A stretch of DNA of 49,820 nucleotides, taken from Intoshia linei. Taxonomy: Eukaryota; Animalia; Orthonectida. The notes beneath the pieces were generated by a model that saw only the letters and a program-made list of their open reading frames with translations, had not been told where the DNA came from and did no database searches. The translations under genes and the position numbers were made by a program. Location of the stretch: positions 1-49,820 of the forward strand of contig LWCA01000127.1 in assembly GCA_001642005.1 (NCBI GenBank), given 5' to 3'. Of this stretch, positions 12,401 through 25,599 are shown piece by piece (position 1 is the first letter of the stretch; each line of letters opens with the position of its first letter).

Positions 12401-13983
12401 TTGTTTCAGGTGGAAGCGTCATATCAGATTTTTACTTTTTACTTTAAAATGAATTATTCCATCTTAATATTGTTTTTTCAACATTTGCGTAAAGAAATTT
12501 AAAAACAATTGTTATCCCATTTTTTTAATTTATTAGACAGAATGTATATAATATTAAAAATAAAGTAAAAAGAGTCAAATCCTAAAAATTGTCATAAATA
12601 GCATAAATTCCAGAAAAAATAAAATTATAAAAACCTATTTTGTCATTTTCAATGTGATAATATATATTCAATACCAATTTAATAAATACTTAAAAATACC
12701 ATATATGTATCAATAATTAACGGAATCAGCACTTTATAAACATATTTCAGATGAATTTTACCAATATTGAAAAGGATTGTAATAAATATAAAAATGATAA
12801 TAACAAAGTTGTACCTACTTTCACTAATTATAGTTGTAGTTTTAATTTAAATTTTAAACAAAATGTTTTGAAAAGGATAATTTCATATTAAAAAATTGCG
12901 TAGCAATGAAAAAAGTTCTATAAAAAGTTATATAGATTTTTACCCATATTTCTTTATTGGAAATGTGTAGACGTTTAATGCACATTCTTTTGGAATTGTA
13001 GGATCCATATTTACATTTTCAATTTTTATTTTAATCGAAATATTTGAAAAATATTGGTTGAATATATTAAAAGTATTTTTCACCCGGGAATGGGTAGATA
13101 ATATCGAGTCAAGGTTAAATTATAAACATTGGCAGTTTTTAATTTATTTATCACTTGAAAAGTATTGCTCAAATAGCAAAAAACAATATTATTACTGTAC
13201 AAAACTGTATTAGTTTTGACTCGTTAAAAAAGCATCTAATAATTATTATAATAGTCTATTTTTTTAATGCAAAACATTGTAATTTTTAGAGACTAAAATA
13301 ATGTAATAATGGACTACAAACCACGAACATTAGATAGAATACAAATTTACTATCGAATTAAAGTAAACCTGCTGACAAATAGAAGCATATCTTGCTAAAA
13401 CATTAGCATTTTCAATCATTGATAATTGCGAAGGTTCGTAATCTTTAATCATCAAAACGCTCCTCCCTTTACAATGAAAATTAAGTTAAAATAAATATAC
13501 ATTTAGCGAATCGTGCTCCCTGATCGTAATATTTCTTGCATCTCTCTGCTAAACCGTCTAGACCTTGCGTAGTAGTTTCACCATTAGTTCCCATTAATTG
13601 AACAACTCCTTTGTCGACTTTAATTCCAGGAATAATTCCATTATCTTTTAACATTTTGGTAAAATCTTGACCATCATCAGATTTTTGAAACAATGTTTCT
13701 TCGTACAAAATGACACCACTAACGTGATTAGCTAATTTTTTCCCACTTTTAAACAGCAATTGTCTGTATGCACGTCTATTTTCTTCAGTGTTTTCTAATT
13801 TTATGCCTGCAAATCGTTTACCAATAGTGCCTATTGAAAATTTTATATATTTGGACCAATGCCAAACGTACCTGTGCTTTCATCAGCAGCCAATAAACCT
13901 TTTCCTTTGCTTACTAGTGCATTAGCACATTCTGATAATTCCCTTTTAACATCATTACTCAAATTATCTGGAAATCTGGACAT
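9412..13983 (-). CDS. ALDO: Class I fructose-bisphosphate aldolase, 8 exons, 364 aa
   Basis: Exons 13983-13872, 13830-13501, 13466-13369, 11528-11445, 11305-11154, 10466-10444, 9743-9712 and 9675-9412 total 1095 nt. Motifs: [37 protein letters not shown] (Schiff-base Lys), [17 protein letters not shown] and a C-terminal Tyr. Confidence 0.97.
10889..11002. mobile_element. 114-bp MITE (hAT/Tip100-like) in aldolase intron 5
   Basis: Perfect 8-bp direct repeat GTGCCAAC at 10881-10888 and 11003-11010. The right end GATCCGTCACTG is the reverse complement of a CAGTGRCGGATC-type TIR. Confidence 0.7.
12248..13070 (-). mobile_element. Helitron family A, 5'-truncated copy in aldolase intron 3
   Basis: GTTGACTGTTATGTACTACGTACAAACAGCACCTAGCTCTGCCGAGGGCAC is the reverse complement of the family 3' end, and the body matches other copies. 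Confidence 0.75.
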
Positions 13984-14682
13984 TTTATATTAGTTTTAAT
14001 AACCTTTAGATTTAAAATAAAGTTTCAAAATATGTAGAACAAACCAATGCTGTACAACCAATTTGTTTAATGTGTTACTCTGTCAATTTCTGCAAAAATC
14101 TACATATATATGTGTATTGACTATATTGTAGACTAAAATTTATATTCTACATATCAAAGTAGATTATTTAAATGTTTATTATAACATTCAAACTTTTGTC
14201 AATATTTTTTAAATTTTTAGTATAAAAATGATGTCACTTGAGCAAGTTTTCTCCATGTTGGTTTGCAACTAAAAATTTTTTTTAATTTCAAGTACATTTA
14301 ACTTTTTTATAAAACGATTTCAACATTTATAACATTTTTAAAGTTAAAATTTTTATTTAGTGTCATCATTTTCCAGTTATCCACATTTAACATTTATATA
14401 ACGAATTACTGTAAATAAATTGTAATTATATGTACAAATTTCTCAAAAAGCTATTTTTTTACATTTATTAATTTTAGTTTGTTAAAGAGAATCATATTTT
14501 TAAATTAACAATGTAAACAAAATGTAAGCTAAAAAAATTATGAATAATTACGGGTACTAAATTTAATGACCCAAAATGATAACAACAAACAAAATAAAAT
14601 ATTTTTATTTTTTGGTTAATGATCTAACGTTGAATAAACAAAAATATAAAACACTAAATCATTAATCAAAATGTATAAATCA

Positions 14683-17600
14683 TTAATAAATCCTGCAATG
14701 TAATTAAAAATTAATTTAATTTGTTCAGTTATCAATTACCGTTTAGGGATGTAATTTAAAAATGCAGAATCTTTCGTTTCTTCAGATTTTTCCAATTTTA
14801 ACATGTAAGATTTTGTAAATTGATTTATTCGCTCAGGGTTTGATGGTACGTCTCGTTCAAACTAAATTATGCACATGTTTTCATAATAATTTATTTTTCA
14901 ACAAACAATTGAATTTGAGAGTGCAAGTTACAACGGACATTGGATTTCAACGTTTGAACATGAATAATATAATTTTAAAAGCACGTTTTATTTATAAAAA
15001 AAACTTTGATCAGGAAATTTTAATGTAATTTTTCGACCATTCTAAAGAGGTGACATTTTGGAAAATAATACACCAATTAATCCGTTTTAAAAATTGGTTG
15101 ATGATAATTTCTAAACATTTTAAGGGGACGTTTGAGGTAATCTTAAATTAGCATGAAAACTAAAATAAAATAAGGTAGAAAGACTAGAAAAAAAATCCAA
15201 ATCTATGGGTTTATATCGTACTTTGTCAGTATCTAATTTTATATTGTAAACCTGTTAAACATAATTCATAAAATTGAAGATTGAGCGGGTGATTCTTGAG
15301 AACAGTTATAAAAAACTATTATTATAATAATAGTCGTAAATTTTCAGTCGGATACATAATATGAACACGATCCACGAAACTAGCTTGACTGTTTTGTACT
15401 TTGGAATAAAAGCAGATAACTCTGCCGATGGTCGCATTTTAATCGATTTTAAATAAAAAAAAAAAAAATTTTTTTATTATTATACAGCTTTTTCGGTTAA
15501 AATTAAAAAAACTGATATTTAAATTAAAAAAGCAAAAATTCAAATTAAATAATCGGATGTTTAAAGTAAAATTAAAAATGATATCAGATAAATGCTGTTT
15601 CATAACAGATTTAATATACTCCAACACTTCACACTGCAGTGCACTGATTCAAATATAAAATTTTTCCTTCCAAATGGGGAAGAATCGTGTTTGTCGATAC
15701 AGACATATTATATACTTCCATTATCGTCTCCTGTATTTGTTAGAGTCAATTGATATTTTTCACTTATATTTGCATAATTATATTACCTGTGTATAATGTA
15801 TAATTATACAATCTTTACAAAAAACAAAACTTACAAAAAATGATAATAGCAATCATGAAATTTATATGCTGTTCCTTCATTTTTGTTAACCACCTCTTGG
15901 CAATGATGGTCTATCTCCATTTATAATCGAACCATAGGCAGTCCCCATTATCACTCCATTTTCAGGCCCCATAACTTTGTAGTCACTATTCTCGTACGCA
16001 TCCAATATTCGCTGTTTAGCTTCACCTAGGTTGCTCATATATTGACTTCTTGTCGCTCCACGTTTTACATTTCTTTTTTTCGCGTCATTTAGAGAGAAAA
16101 AAAAATTTCATATCTGATATCATTTTTAATTTTACTTACATCATCTTATTTAATTCGAATATCAGTTTTTTTAATTTCAGAATAATCTCTTTTTTTTAAT
16201 TCTAGGAGTATTAGTTATTGATAATTTTTTCTGAATATTTTTTGCTTTACATAATAAAAATGTTAATAAAATCATTATCAATTTAAAAAAAACATGAATG
16301 CTTGTGCTTTTTAACCATAAAGATGTCGATTTGTGAGATTCAAATTTTTCTGTATGTTAACTGAAAATATCTGTATCAGAGTTAATTTTGAAAAAAATCT
16401 AACACTTTTTTCGTTTTAAAATATATGGTAATTTCGGCTTTTGACCCTAAAGGTCCCAATTTATGAAAGTGAACAAAAATCAACTAAAAAAAGTATTATA
16501 AATAGTTTTTTTTAAATTATATTTAAAAATTTTAATTTTTTAATTAAAATTTAATTAATTAATAAAGATTAATAATTAATAATAATAAAGATATTTATTT
16601 TTTTAGGTTTATGATTTATATGTACAGGATAAAAGTATTCAAATAAATAATACCTTTTCTTTTAGACGTTTAAACTGCAATAATGCTTTATTCTTTTTTC
16701 TTTGCTGATAGTCCTCTTCGAAACAAATACGTTCTTTTACTTTTTCCAAATACTAAACATTTGTAAATTTATCAAAGTTTCATCGGTAGTCGACTGTTAT
16801 GTACTTCGTACAAAAAGCACCTAGCCCAGCCGAGGGGAACTTTTTTAATTCTTTCAAAAAAATAAATCCTTAAAATACATAGTAATTTACTATTTTCATT
16901 GTTTTTAAATAACTATTTTCATTTTTTTAAAAAATGGTAATCTTGGATTTTGATTGTGAAAACGGATTTTTTTGGGTTTGCGATTTATGATAATGTTTAT
17001 GATTTAAAAAACTATTACATAATTTAGGTTGTATAAAAATCTAGGATATTTTTAATTTTAATAAAAATGGTAATTTGGGGATTTTGGGATTTGGCTTTGT
17101 TCTGTGAAGATATAACATTTTAAAATTGAAATTTATCATAATGTTGATGATTTTAAAATCTTTATCAAATTTTGTATTTTTTACAATTATAGGACTGGTT
17201 TGAACTTTAAAAAAAGGATAATTACGTTTTTTGACCTTGAAGACTCAATTTCTGAAAATTAAATTTGCGATAAAACATCACTCTCAAAAAGCTGTATTCG
17301 AAATATAGAATTTTAAAAGCTCGACTCCTCTTACTTTCTTAAATAAACTGGAACAAACAAATAAATAAATAAACAGACATACAATTTTAAACAAATTATT
17401 TTATGTACGTAAGTCAGTATGAATGGGGAAATTTAATTTAAAACCACAAAATGTAATTTATACCTGTAAATTTTTCAGTTTAATAATTTTATTAGCATAT
17501 TGTCCTTTAATAATCGATTCGGTTTGATTTTTATGATTTTGAAGATTCAAATCTTCCTTTTCTTTATCTAATAACATTCTATGTTTCGATACAATTTGTT

Positions 17601-20600
17601 TGTATAAATCACTCTAATTTAACATATAAATTGAAGAATATAAGAATATGTTTTTACATCGGATGCAGTACATTAGATACCTATATTTTAAACTTTTTTT
17701 AGCACAGTACCATGTGTCAAATACCTGGAACGGGTAATATATTCGGTCGCGTTCCAGGTATAGCAGAAAAATATCCTGCTGGTTTCTAATTTAAATAAAT
17801 TTAAAAATTCACTGAATTGTAAATTGTTTATTAGAAATGGTTAGAAATTAAAAAAATAAATATCCTGCATCGTTGTTCCTTTTATTTACTAATTAATTTA
17901 TATTATATACTTACTTTTTTCTTCAACTTTTTGCGCTCCATTAACAAAAGATTTTGTGATTTTTCCTTCATTAATTTATTCATTTTTTCGTTTTCATTTT
18001 GCTTTTTTTTCTATGAAATTATCAAATTTACAAAAAATGTATTTTTATACAATCCGTATTATTTAAAACAAAACATAAAAAATACATTAAGCAATTCACC
18101 ATAAACAATTGGTCGATAATAATTAAAATAAATTAAATAAAAAATATCAAAAGACATTACATAGTATCACGTACTCCATATTTAAACCCACATACTTTTT
18201 GTTTTACCCCATTATTATTTATACTGATAATAAATATTCGAAATAAAACATTTCATTTTACCTTCCAATCATGAATCATTTTTTTAATTTTATATCTTTC
18301 ATTTTGAGAATTTTTTTTTTCATTGTCTGTTTTGACCGGTTTCTTCGTTTCATTATTTTTTTCAGCGTGTTTTTTATTCTTAATTTTGTCTTGTTTGTAT
18401 TTTTTCCAGTTTTCGATTGCCTTCTTTTTTTCAGTTTTTAAATGGCTATATTTTTTGAACCATCTTTTGTGACTATCAATCTGTTCTTGTGTGTGAGTCG
18501 GTATATAATTTGTCAATTTATCCTAAATAAATGTGGTAATGGTAAATTTGTATTTCATGTATCAAAATGTTCCAACATTCCACCATGAACATTTCAATAT
18601 TCATTGTTCGATGAATGTTATTTTGTAAAGTAAAAAAGTTTCAGTTTTGTTCATTTATATTTTACTTATGTTAATCATAAAAATGAAACCACCAACGAAA
18701 ATATAATTTTTTATAGTCCCCCTTATGCTGTACATTGTAAAAATCTCAATGCTTTTCAAAAATTTCAAAAATTTGGGGAGTGGTTCCCCTAGTCATCATT
18801 GATCAGACACTTTTTGATACTTTTCACATCAGCATTAAAATCCCCATAATGTTTGTTTTAAAATACCTATTTAATACGGTAAAAAAATATTATTTAAATC
18901 GTTTTTTACGATTTTAATCACGGTTGTGGTTTATAAGATGTTGGAATCTTTAAAATAAAAATAAATTATTTTTAACTAACCGTTTTAGTCATCATTTTAA
19001 CAAAAATGTTATGATCTTGTATATCCCATCCACCAGTACTGCCTCCGTATCGAATATGAAAATCCTAAACTAAAAATTAAAATATTTTTCTTAATAAAAT
19101 AAAATTGAAAAATAAAATTAATTATGCATACATAAGTACAGGGATCGGCAATCAGTGGCACACAATAATTTTGGTAGTCCATTTTTTGGTTTAATAAAAT
19201 ATTTCGAAAAAAAAATATATGATTACTAAAATGATTTTTTGACCGTGAAGTCGTCACTTATTCGGATTGAAATTATCTGTGTACCCGAAACAAAACTGTA
19301 ATTGAAATGTGGACTTTATAAAATTCCAAGACGAATAGTTATTTCAATAAAGCGTAACACACATAAACAAACAAAAATCGCGTAGCATATTATATAAGCT
19401 AGGACAAAAGAATATTTGTTAATATATTTTAGTTAAGCCTTCAGGACCATCATTAATAAAGATAGAATTTCAACCGCGTTAATCAAGGAAAGTTTAATTT
19501 TTTAAGTTTATTTTTTACTTTTGAAAAATAACTATGGATTTTTCAGTGTTTCTTATCTTAGATAAGGTATATATTCAGATATATTTCTATATCTTTTTAC
19601 TAAAAAGAAATAAGTGGTTGAAAGTACTTCTTGATATGTTCGGATCCATTTCGACAATTTTTTCCTTTAATAGTTCAAATTGTAAAAATAATTCATGCAA
19701 ATCTTTATTTTTTAATTAATTTTGTTCTGCCAATCGATAGAATTCGTTTTGTTTTGATAATTCGATAAGATCATCATGATTAAATTCGTTCGAATATGAA
19801 TTGATTAATTCCTCAACATTGTGGACATTAATGTCATTCAAGCCCACACGTTCTCAAATTTTAACAATTTCGTTAAATGTGTCTGACACTGGATGAATTA
19901 AGGAAAATTATTAGAAAATGAAGGAAATAATTGTTTATTATTGTTTGTTTATAAAAATTCCAGATTAAGAAATTAATAAAATGAAATGTTTATAATAAAA
20001 TAAATAATAAATAAATGTAATAACAACGTACAATTATTAATTTCCATTTAAAAAATATGTTAGACTGATTTGTAAAATAATTAACCAACAAAAATAATTT
20101 TAATATCATTATTTATATTTAAATTTACATGTTAATTAAAAACACAAAAAAAATTTTTAAAAGCATTTTACACCGCGTTAATTGAGGGATACCTGTATTA
20201 TCATGAAATTTTTTGGAAAAATTTTATTAACAGGTACCAACAAAGCCACACGAAAATGAAAAATAGTCCCTTAAAAAAATTTCGAAAACTGATTGTTGTG
20301 TGATAGTCTTTGTCACCTCCCCAAGACGCTTGACTTGACATTTTAAATTTGACACACAAAATAGTTATAATATTCCAGAATATAATTTTTCCAATGCTCA
20401 ATTTCGAAAAATGTCGTCGATCCTTTCCTACCAAGAGAGTGCCGCGTACGGTAAGATCAGCACTGGTACTTACGGATAAAACAATTTCTAATGAAAATCA
20501 ATAGCATTGTGGGTCATTTACTATTGTCTTATTCCGTTATTCGTCAATTATGTTAGCTTTGCTATCTATACCAATTAAAATCTTTCAAAAACTTATTATG

Positions 20601-22646
20601 TTTATTATTACGTTATTGTTATATGGTATATTACTTCAAATTCTAAAATTTTGGACGGCAAATGTTGACCATGTTTTTGATTATAATTGTTTGTTGAAGT
20701 ATTAGCTACTTTATGTGCTTCTGGTTCACTGGATTTCAAAATTTTCACAAAATTGTCATCGTCAACAATTTTTTTAATCAGATTGATACCAGCTTCCAAT
20801 CGTTCCTGATCAATTGTCAATTTTTGAAATCTTTAAATTTAATTAAACTTTAATCTAATAAAAAATCTTGATACAGATTGTTTCTCAAACTTTTTAAGTA
20901 CGTGGTCAATAAGTGTCCACTTTTCATTTTTTTTATTAAAAAACCCACTTTGCTCGTAGATGCTTTTTTTCATTTTATGAATTTATTCAAAAAAATTAAA
21001 TCGGCAAATATTTACCTAGTGATTGTGATTTCCCGGGAAATGACAAAAGTCGAGAACCGGGAAATTAAAAATTAAATTTTTGGTCCCGGGAATTTTCCGA
21101 GAAAAATAAAATAATTTTATTCATATATAATACAGAAACATTAAAAATTTTAGAGACCTTAATTAATTTTGGAAACAAAAAAAAATTTTATTTGATTACT
21201 AGATCGAAATTTACAAATTTAATTAGAAAAAAATTTATTTATTTTTGATTGTTGAAAGAGTGTTTCAAAACACATAATATTGATAGATTCGTCTTTTAAA
21301 CGCGTTCTACGTTTTGTAACGAAATTAGAAGAAGTAAAGAAATTTCTTTCATTTTGTGTTGACGTAGGTTGAACAGTCATAAGAGTTTCCTTTAATTTTA
21401 ACAATCTTGATGATAGCGTTCCAGTTCGTAACAACTCATAATATTTTTTAAAATAATATTGGAAAAAGAGGATAATTCCCTTAAGAGTTAGTAATTTGTG
21501 GTTTAATGAAGTAGATTTTTTTCATAAGATTTCGTAAAATCAGATTTTTAAAAAAAATATCAGTGTAAGTCAATTTTTTCATGAGGGCTTGAAATGCTAT
21601 TTTTGAAATGGTAAATTTTAAATATTATAATATAATCATATTGTCATAGTAATAACAAACATAAATAATACAGGTATGTCTCAATCACTATATTTACCCC
21701 ATTAAATGTAATTATTTAATTCATATAAAAATGTTAAAATAAATATAAAATTACACAGTGTATATAGAAAGACAGACACATTTTTACCAACTTTTACTTT
21801 ATACAATTAAGGAAATTCATGCTGATAAAACCAATGATACTTAATTAACAAAATTTTAAAATTGAAATTTTTTAGCATACATTTTGATAAAAATCATACT
21901 GAATTTCGTTGCGTTCTTTATATTTGCAAATCTTTTCATTTATTTCTTTAAATTGGTTTTTTATAGTATTTTTTTCTAAATCAAACAATTATTGTTGCAT
22001 TATTGACATGTAAATCAATTATAATTGATTAATTTTATTCAAGATTAATTCATAATCCATTAACTTTATAACCACGATTCTTAGATATTAAAATTATGAA
22101 TTATTTCAAAAAAAATAAATAAAAATAAACCGTTTTCATCAATATTTTCACTTCTAACAAGTTGCGTATTTTTTTTTGCATTATAAATTTCTTTACTTAT
22201 TTCGTTCAACTTTGAAATAATCTTTTGACCTAAAAATAAATAAAAATTGCAGCATTAGAATTTATATAGTTTTTCAATTAATTTGTCTTTCGTTTTGCGC
22301 AGATTATGTTAAATACCCCAAACAAGAAGAAACCGGAAGCAATGCATCGCGCCAATACAAACAAACCTACATTGATGAACAATATCTACACTGTAGTAGT
22401 TCTACAGTATATATTCTACACATAATAATTGCCAAATATTACGATAATTATGCTTGAAAACGTTTAATTTGGCTCCAAAATTACGAAATAATTGATAAGA
22501 TTTATCAGTCAATCGCACATCTATAAATCTTAAAACTTCAATATCTAAATTGTGGACTCTAAATATAAAATCGGATCAAAATAAAAATTTCAATTTTACT
22601 TTTTATTATTGAATCGGATTTTATTTAAAATTGACTCTTGATTCAT
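14683..22646 (-). CDS. CCDC112: Coiled-coil domain-containing protein 112-like, about 12 exons, about 451 aa
   Basis: Phase-consistent exons 22646-22600, 22558-22443, 22229-22131, 21975-21900, 20830-20635, 19064-18981, 18522-18262, 18010-17915, 17613-17464, 16752-16654, 14861-14740 and 14692-14683. Motifs LPSKILEFE-DF...GGSTGGWDIQDHNIFVK, IPTHTQEQIDSHKRW...EKKKAIENWK and NPERINQFTK...IPKR match CCDC112. The last exon is uncertain (alternative stop at 14736). Confidence 0.75.
15440..16210 (-). mobile_element. Decayed Tc1/IS630-like DNA transposon with long inverted repeats
   Basis: The minus strand gives KQRILDAYENSDY...ENGV..GTAYG.I..G...LPRGG and VSTNTILPHLEG. Inverted repeats GTAAAATTAAAAATGATATCAGATA (about 15566) and TATCTGATATCATTTTTAATTTTAC (about 16112). 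Confidence 0.55.
16786..17400 (-). mobile_element. Diverged Helitron (family A 3' end) in CCDC112 intron
   Basis: GACTGTTATGTACTTCGTACAAAAAGCACCTAGCCCAGCCGAGGG followed by a diverged body. Confidence 0.6.
19170..19404 (-). mobile_element. Helitron family A, 5' fragment
   Basis: Reverse complement of TCCTAGCTTATATAATATGCTACGCGATTTTTGTTTG, plus the GACCGTGAAGTCGTCACTTATTCGGATTG block. Confidence 0.7.
19465..20196 (-). mobile_element. Tigger-like remnant
   Basis: Terminal CCGCGTTAATTGAGGGATACCTG|TA is a Tigger-type TIR. The minus strand encodes VGLNDINVHNVEELINSYSNEFNHDDLIEL, typical of a Tigger transposase C-terminus. Confidence 0.6.
21017..21690 (-). mobile_element. Internally deleted hAT element, copy 1
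   Basis: TIR TAGTGATTG...CAATCACTA with a perfect 8-bp TSD TATTTACC (21009-21016 and 21691-21698). ORF 21219..21434 reads QPTSTQNERNFFTSSNFVTKRRTRLKDESI (hAT dimerisation domain). Confidence 0.9.
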
Positions 22647-22956
22647 ATTATTTAATTATTTTTCAAAATTATTTAATTTTATCAATATTTTGATTATTCA
22701 AGTTTTAGTTTCTTATCATAGTAATGCGTAGTCATAATAAAATAAATTATGGAAAAGAAAACTAATGCAGTAACTGTAACAAAATATTCTAATTATTAAT
22801 TACAGATTGTAATAATTTGATGAATCATGATAATTCGAATTATGTGTGGAATTGTTACAGAAAAAGATAATTATTAGGCAATTTTTTTTAAAATACCTTA
22901 AGTGTTTAAAACTTGTGTATATGTTAACATTTTGTTTTTTTCGAAAATAAAAAAAA

Positions 22957-23029
22957 AGCCCCGTGCGGGGATTGAACCCGCAACCCCCAGGTTAAGAGCC
23001 TGGTGCTCTACCGATTGAGCTAACGAGGC
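22957..23029 (-). tRNA. trnK-CTT: tRNA-Lys (anticodon CTT)
   Basis: GCCTCGTTAGCTCAATCGGTAGAGCACCAGGCTCTTAACCTGGGGGTTGCGGGTTCAATCCCCGCACGGGGCT. Acceptor stem GCCTCGT/ACGGGGC, anticodon arm CCAGG-CTCTTAA-CCTGG, T arm GCGGG-TTCAATC-CCCGC. A T9 Pol III terminator follows. Confidence 0.97.
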
Positions 23030-23358
23030 ATGGTATTTTCACATATTTATAAGTTTTATAAAAATTTATTACATCAAAATGAGTAAAAAAATCAAATTAA
23101 CCAATTCAATATATTTTTTAACAAGCATGTAAAGTGGAAAGTAAACACAAAAAAAAGGAAAGTAACTGTAGTGAAAATAAATACATATCATAACATTGTC
23201 ATGTATTGTTGATTCATTTTGGTTGGCTACCAAATAAAGATATCAAGATAACTTGATTGAATTTAAAAAATTTGTAACGCAGCTTGATTTCAGGATTTTA
23301 GATGTGAATTTTAGGATACATTTAATTACAATGGGTAGTATACATCATATGATTGAGA

Positions 23359-25510
23359 TTATATTTTAACATTTGAGATTTGAGGTGTTTTCAATTTGTT
23401 ATAGATTTGAATTTCCATCTAAATGCACTAAATTAAAAAATTTAAGAATTAACGGACTAAACTTTAAAAATACCATTCTGAGTCCTCGATCCACTGGGTT
23501 AATGAATAAGATACCACATTTGGGGAAAAAAATGTGATTTATACTTTTCAGGTAAGTTGAAAGAGATTTTAATGCCTATAAAATTGTTTCAATTAATACT
23601 ACACTGATTAGTGTCATTTACACACATTTAAAAAAATAAATTAAGTACTTGATCGTAATTGGTACATCTGCATTTGTATATAAGATAAGCAGTAAAGCAA
23701 GCTAAAATATTGTGAAAAATCGTGGAAAAGGAAAGTCTTTCAGCCTGATGAAAAATGTAATTTACATTTTGAATAATGTTGGTATATTCCAAAGGTTGTA
23801 TCTAAGAATCTTTTTTTAAATATGAAGATTGGTCAATTAATAATTTACTGAGTTGATATACTGCATTTATAATATACTAGATTCACTGTTATGTACTACA
23901 TACAAACAGCACCTCGCTGTGCCAAGGGCACATTTTTATTCTACCAAAAAAATAAATTAACGTTGAAAATCTAACTTAAAAATCCTACTATTCACTATTA
24001 TCCATAAACAAGTGGTTCCCAAACTTGTTTCAGGTGGAACCATCATATGACATTACTATTGAAAATCTAACTTAAAAATCCTACTATTCACTATTATCAA
24101 TTCTTTAAAGGAACTCAAACTTGTTTCAGGTGGAACCGTCATATCACATGAGTTTTTACTCTAAAGTGAATTATTCCATCTTTAATTTTGCTTTGTTAAG
24201 ATTTGCGTAAAGAACATTAAAAACAATTGTTATCCCATTTTTTTAATATATTAGACAGAATGTGTGTATAATAAAAATGCGTTATTATTATTGCAACATA
24301 TAATTTAATAGTTACAGCGTCTAATTTCACCAGCGTCTATAGTTATAATGTTAGCGTCTAAATTAATAGAAGTAGAATTTATTTCATTTAAACATAACGT
24401 TATTTTTTGTTTTAATAAAATATTTAGGAAAAAAAATATATGAATACTAAAATGCTTTTTTGACCGTGAATACGTCACTTATTCAGATTGAAATTTTTTG
24501 TGTGTGTTAACAAGATACAACTGTACCACCTGTAAATTTTTTTAAATTCTAGGGCTGTTTTCATTAAAAAAAGAGGGGTAATTTGGGTTTTGGCCCTGAA
24601 GATATATTTTTTTATTTAAATTTATCATTATCTTCATGATTTTAAAATCCGTATCAGAGTATATATTTTTTTAAATTTTCGAACTCGTTTGATTTTCAAA
24701 AAAAATAACAATTGGGCTTTTTGACCAGTAAAATGTAAGTTTGGGAAATTGAAATTTATTTTATTAACATCCGGAAAAAACTAATAGAAATGTGGACTTT
24801 ATAAAAGTCTAAGACTGGTAGTTATTGAAGTAAACGGTAACACATATACAAATGTACAAACAAATATTGCATATCATATTATATGAGTAAGGATAGTTGT
24901 AATAAAAGTAAACGTTTCTCAACCTTTTGACTTTTGTCAACTGAAAGTATAAAAAAATAAATAAATTTAATTGGTTTTCAACAGTAAGCAAATCAGTTTC
25001 GTATTTATTTGATAAGAAATTTGAAATTATTAGTATGTTTGAAATGTACATATTCTTTTCGGATCAGTAGACATGCAGACGGGCGGTTGAGAAACTAATC
25101 TAAGTGGGTTTTAATATGGTGCAATTTTAGGTTACAATAAGATTATAATTAGGTGATACCAAATTTTAGATATTGAAAAAAATCCTATTACAACATATTC
25201 GTTCTTCGGTTGAATATATTTTACTCATGGGTGACAAAGATCATCGTAAAAATTTGAACATGTAAGTAATAAAGGTTAAGAAACTGATCTGGATTTGATA
25301 ATAAATAAATTTAATTACTATGCCTTCCAATTGTTTGGGAAAGTCTGTGTTGAAGCAGACAAGAGTTCCAGTATTATAATCTCTTTGAATAAGAATTTTT
25401 GTGATTTCCGAAGATTTTGAAGAAATATTAATCGGGTATTGGTTTGATGTTTCAATTATTCTTGATGTGTAATTTCCGCCCGTTTTTACAACTTTTAAAT
25501 CTTTATCCAT
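23359..25510 (-). CDS. GOLGA7: Golgin subfamily A member 7 (GCP16/Erf4 family), 4 exons, 168 aa
   Basis: Exons 25510-25319, 23801-23649, 23575-23474 and 23418-23359. Motifs: KILIQRDYNTGTLVCFNTDFPKQLEG, FHQAERL, LACFTAYLI and NPVDRGLRMMEIQIY. Confidence 0.92.
23877..24893 (-). mobile_element. Helitron family A, both termini, in GOLGA7 intron 1
   Basis: 5' end A|TCCTTACTCATATAAT at 24893. 3' end ...GTAGTACATAACAGTGAATCTAG|T at 23877. It carries an internal tandem duplication of about 95 bp (about 23963 and 24058). Confidence 0.8.
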
Positions 25511-25599
25511 GTCGAAAATATATATATTATCTGTATTTAGTAGATACTGTAACCATTACAACATACGATTTAGTTATTGATTTCAATTTATGATAAAGT

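Noticed and set aside
18981-19257. ORF 19009..19257 as a separate gene, or a premature stop in CCDC112
   Set aside because: The ORF starts in a Helitron fragment and is in another frame. The true exon 19064-18981 is open (DFHIRYGGSTGGWDIQDHNIFVKMMTKT).
20201-20480. GC-richer stretch with ORF 20201..20434, possible integrase relic or extra CCDC112 exon
   Set aside because: No convincing motif, and the CCDC112 model is phase-complete without it.
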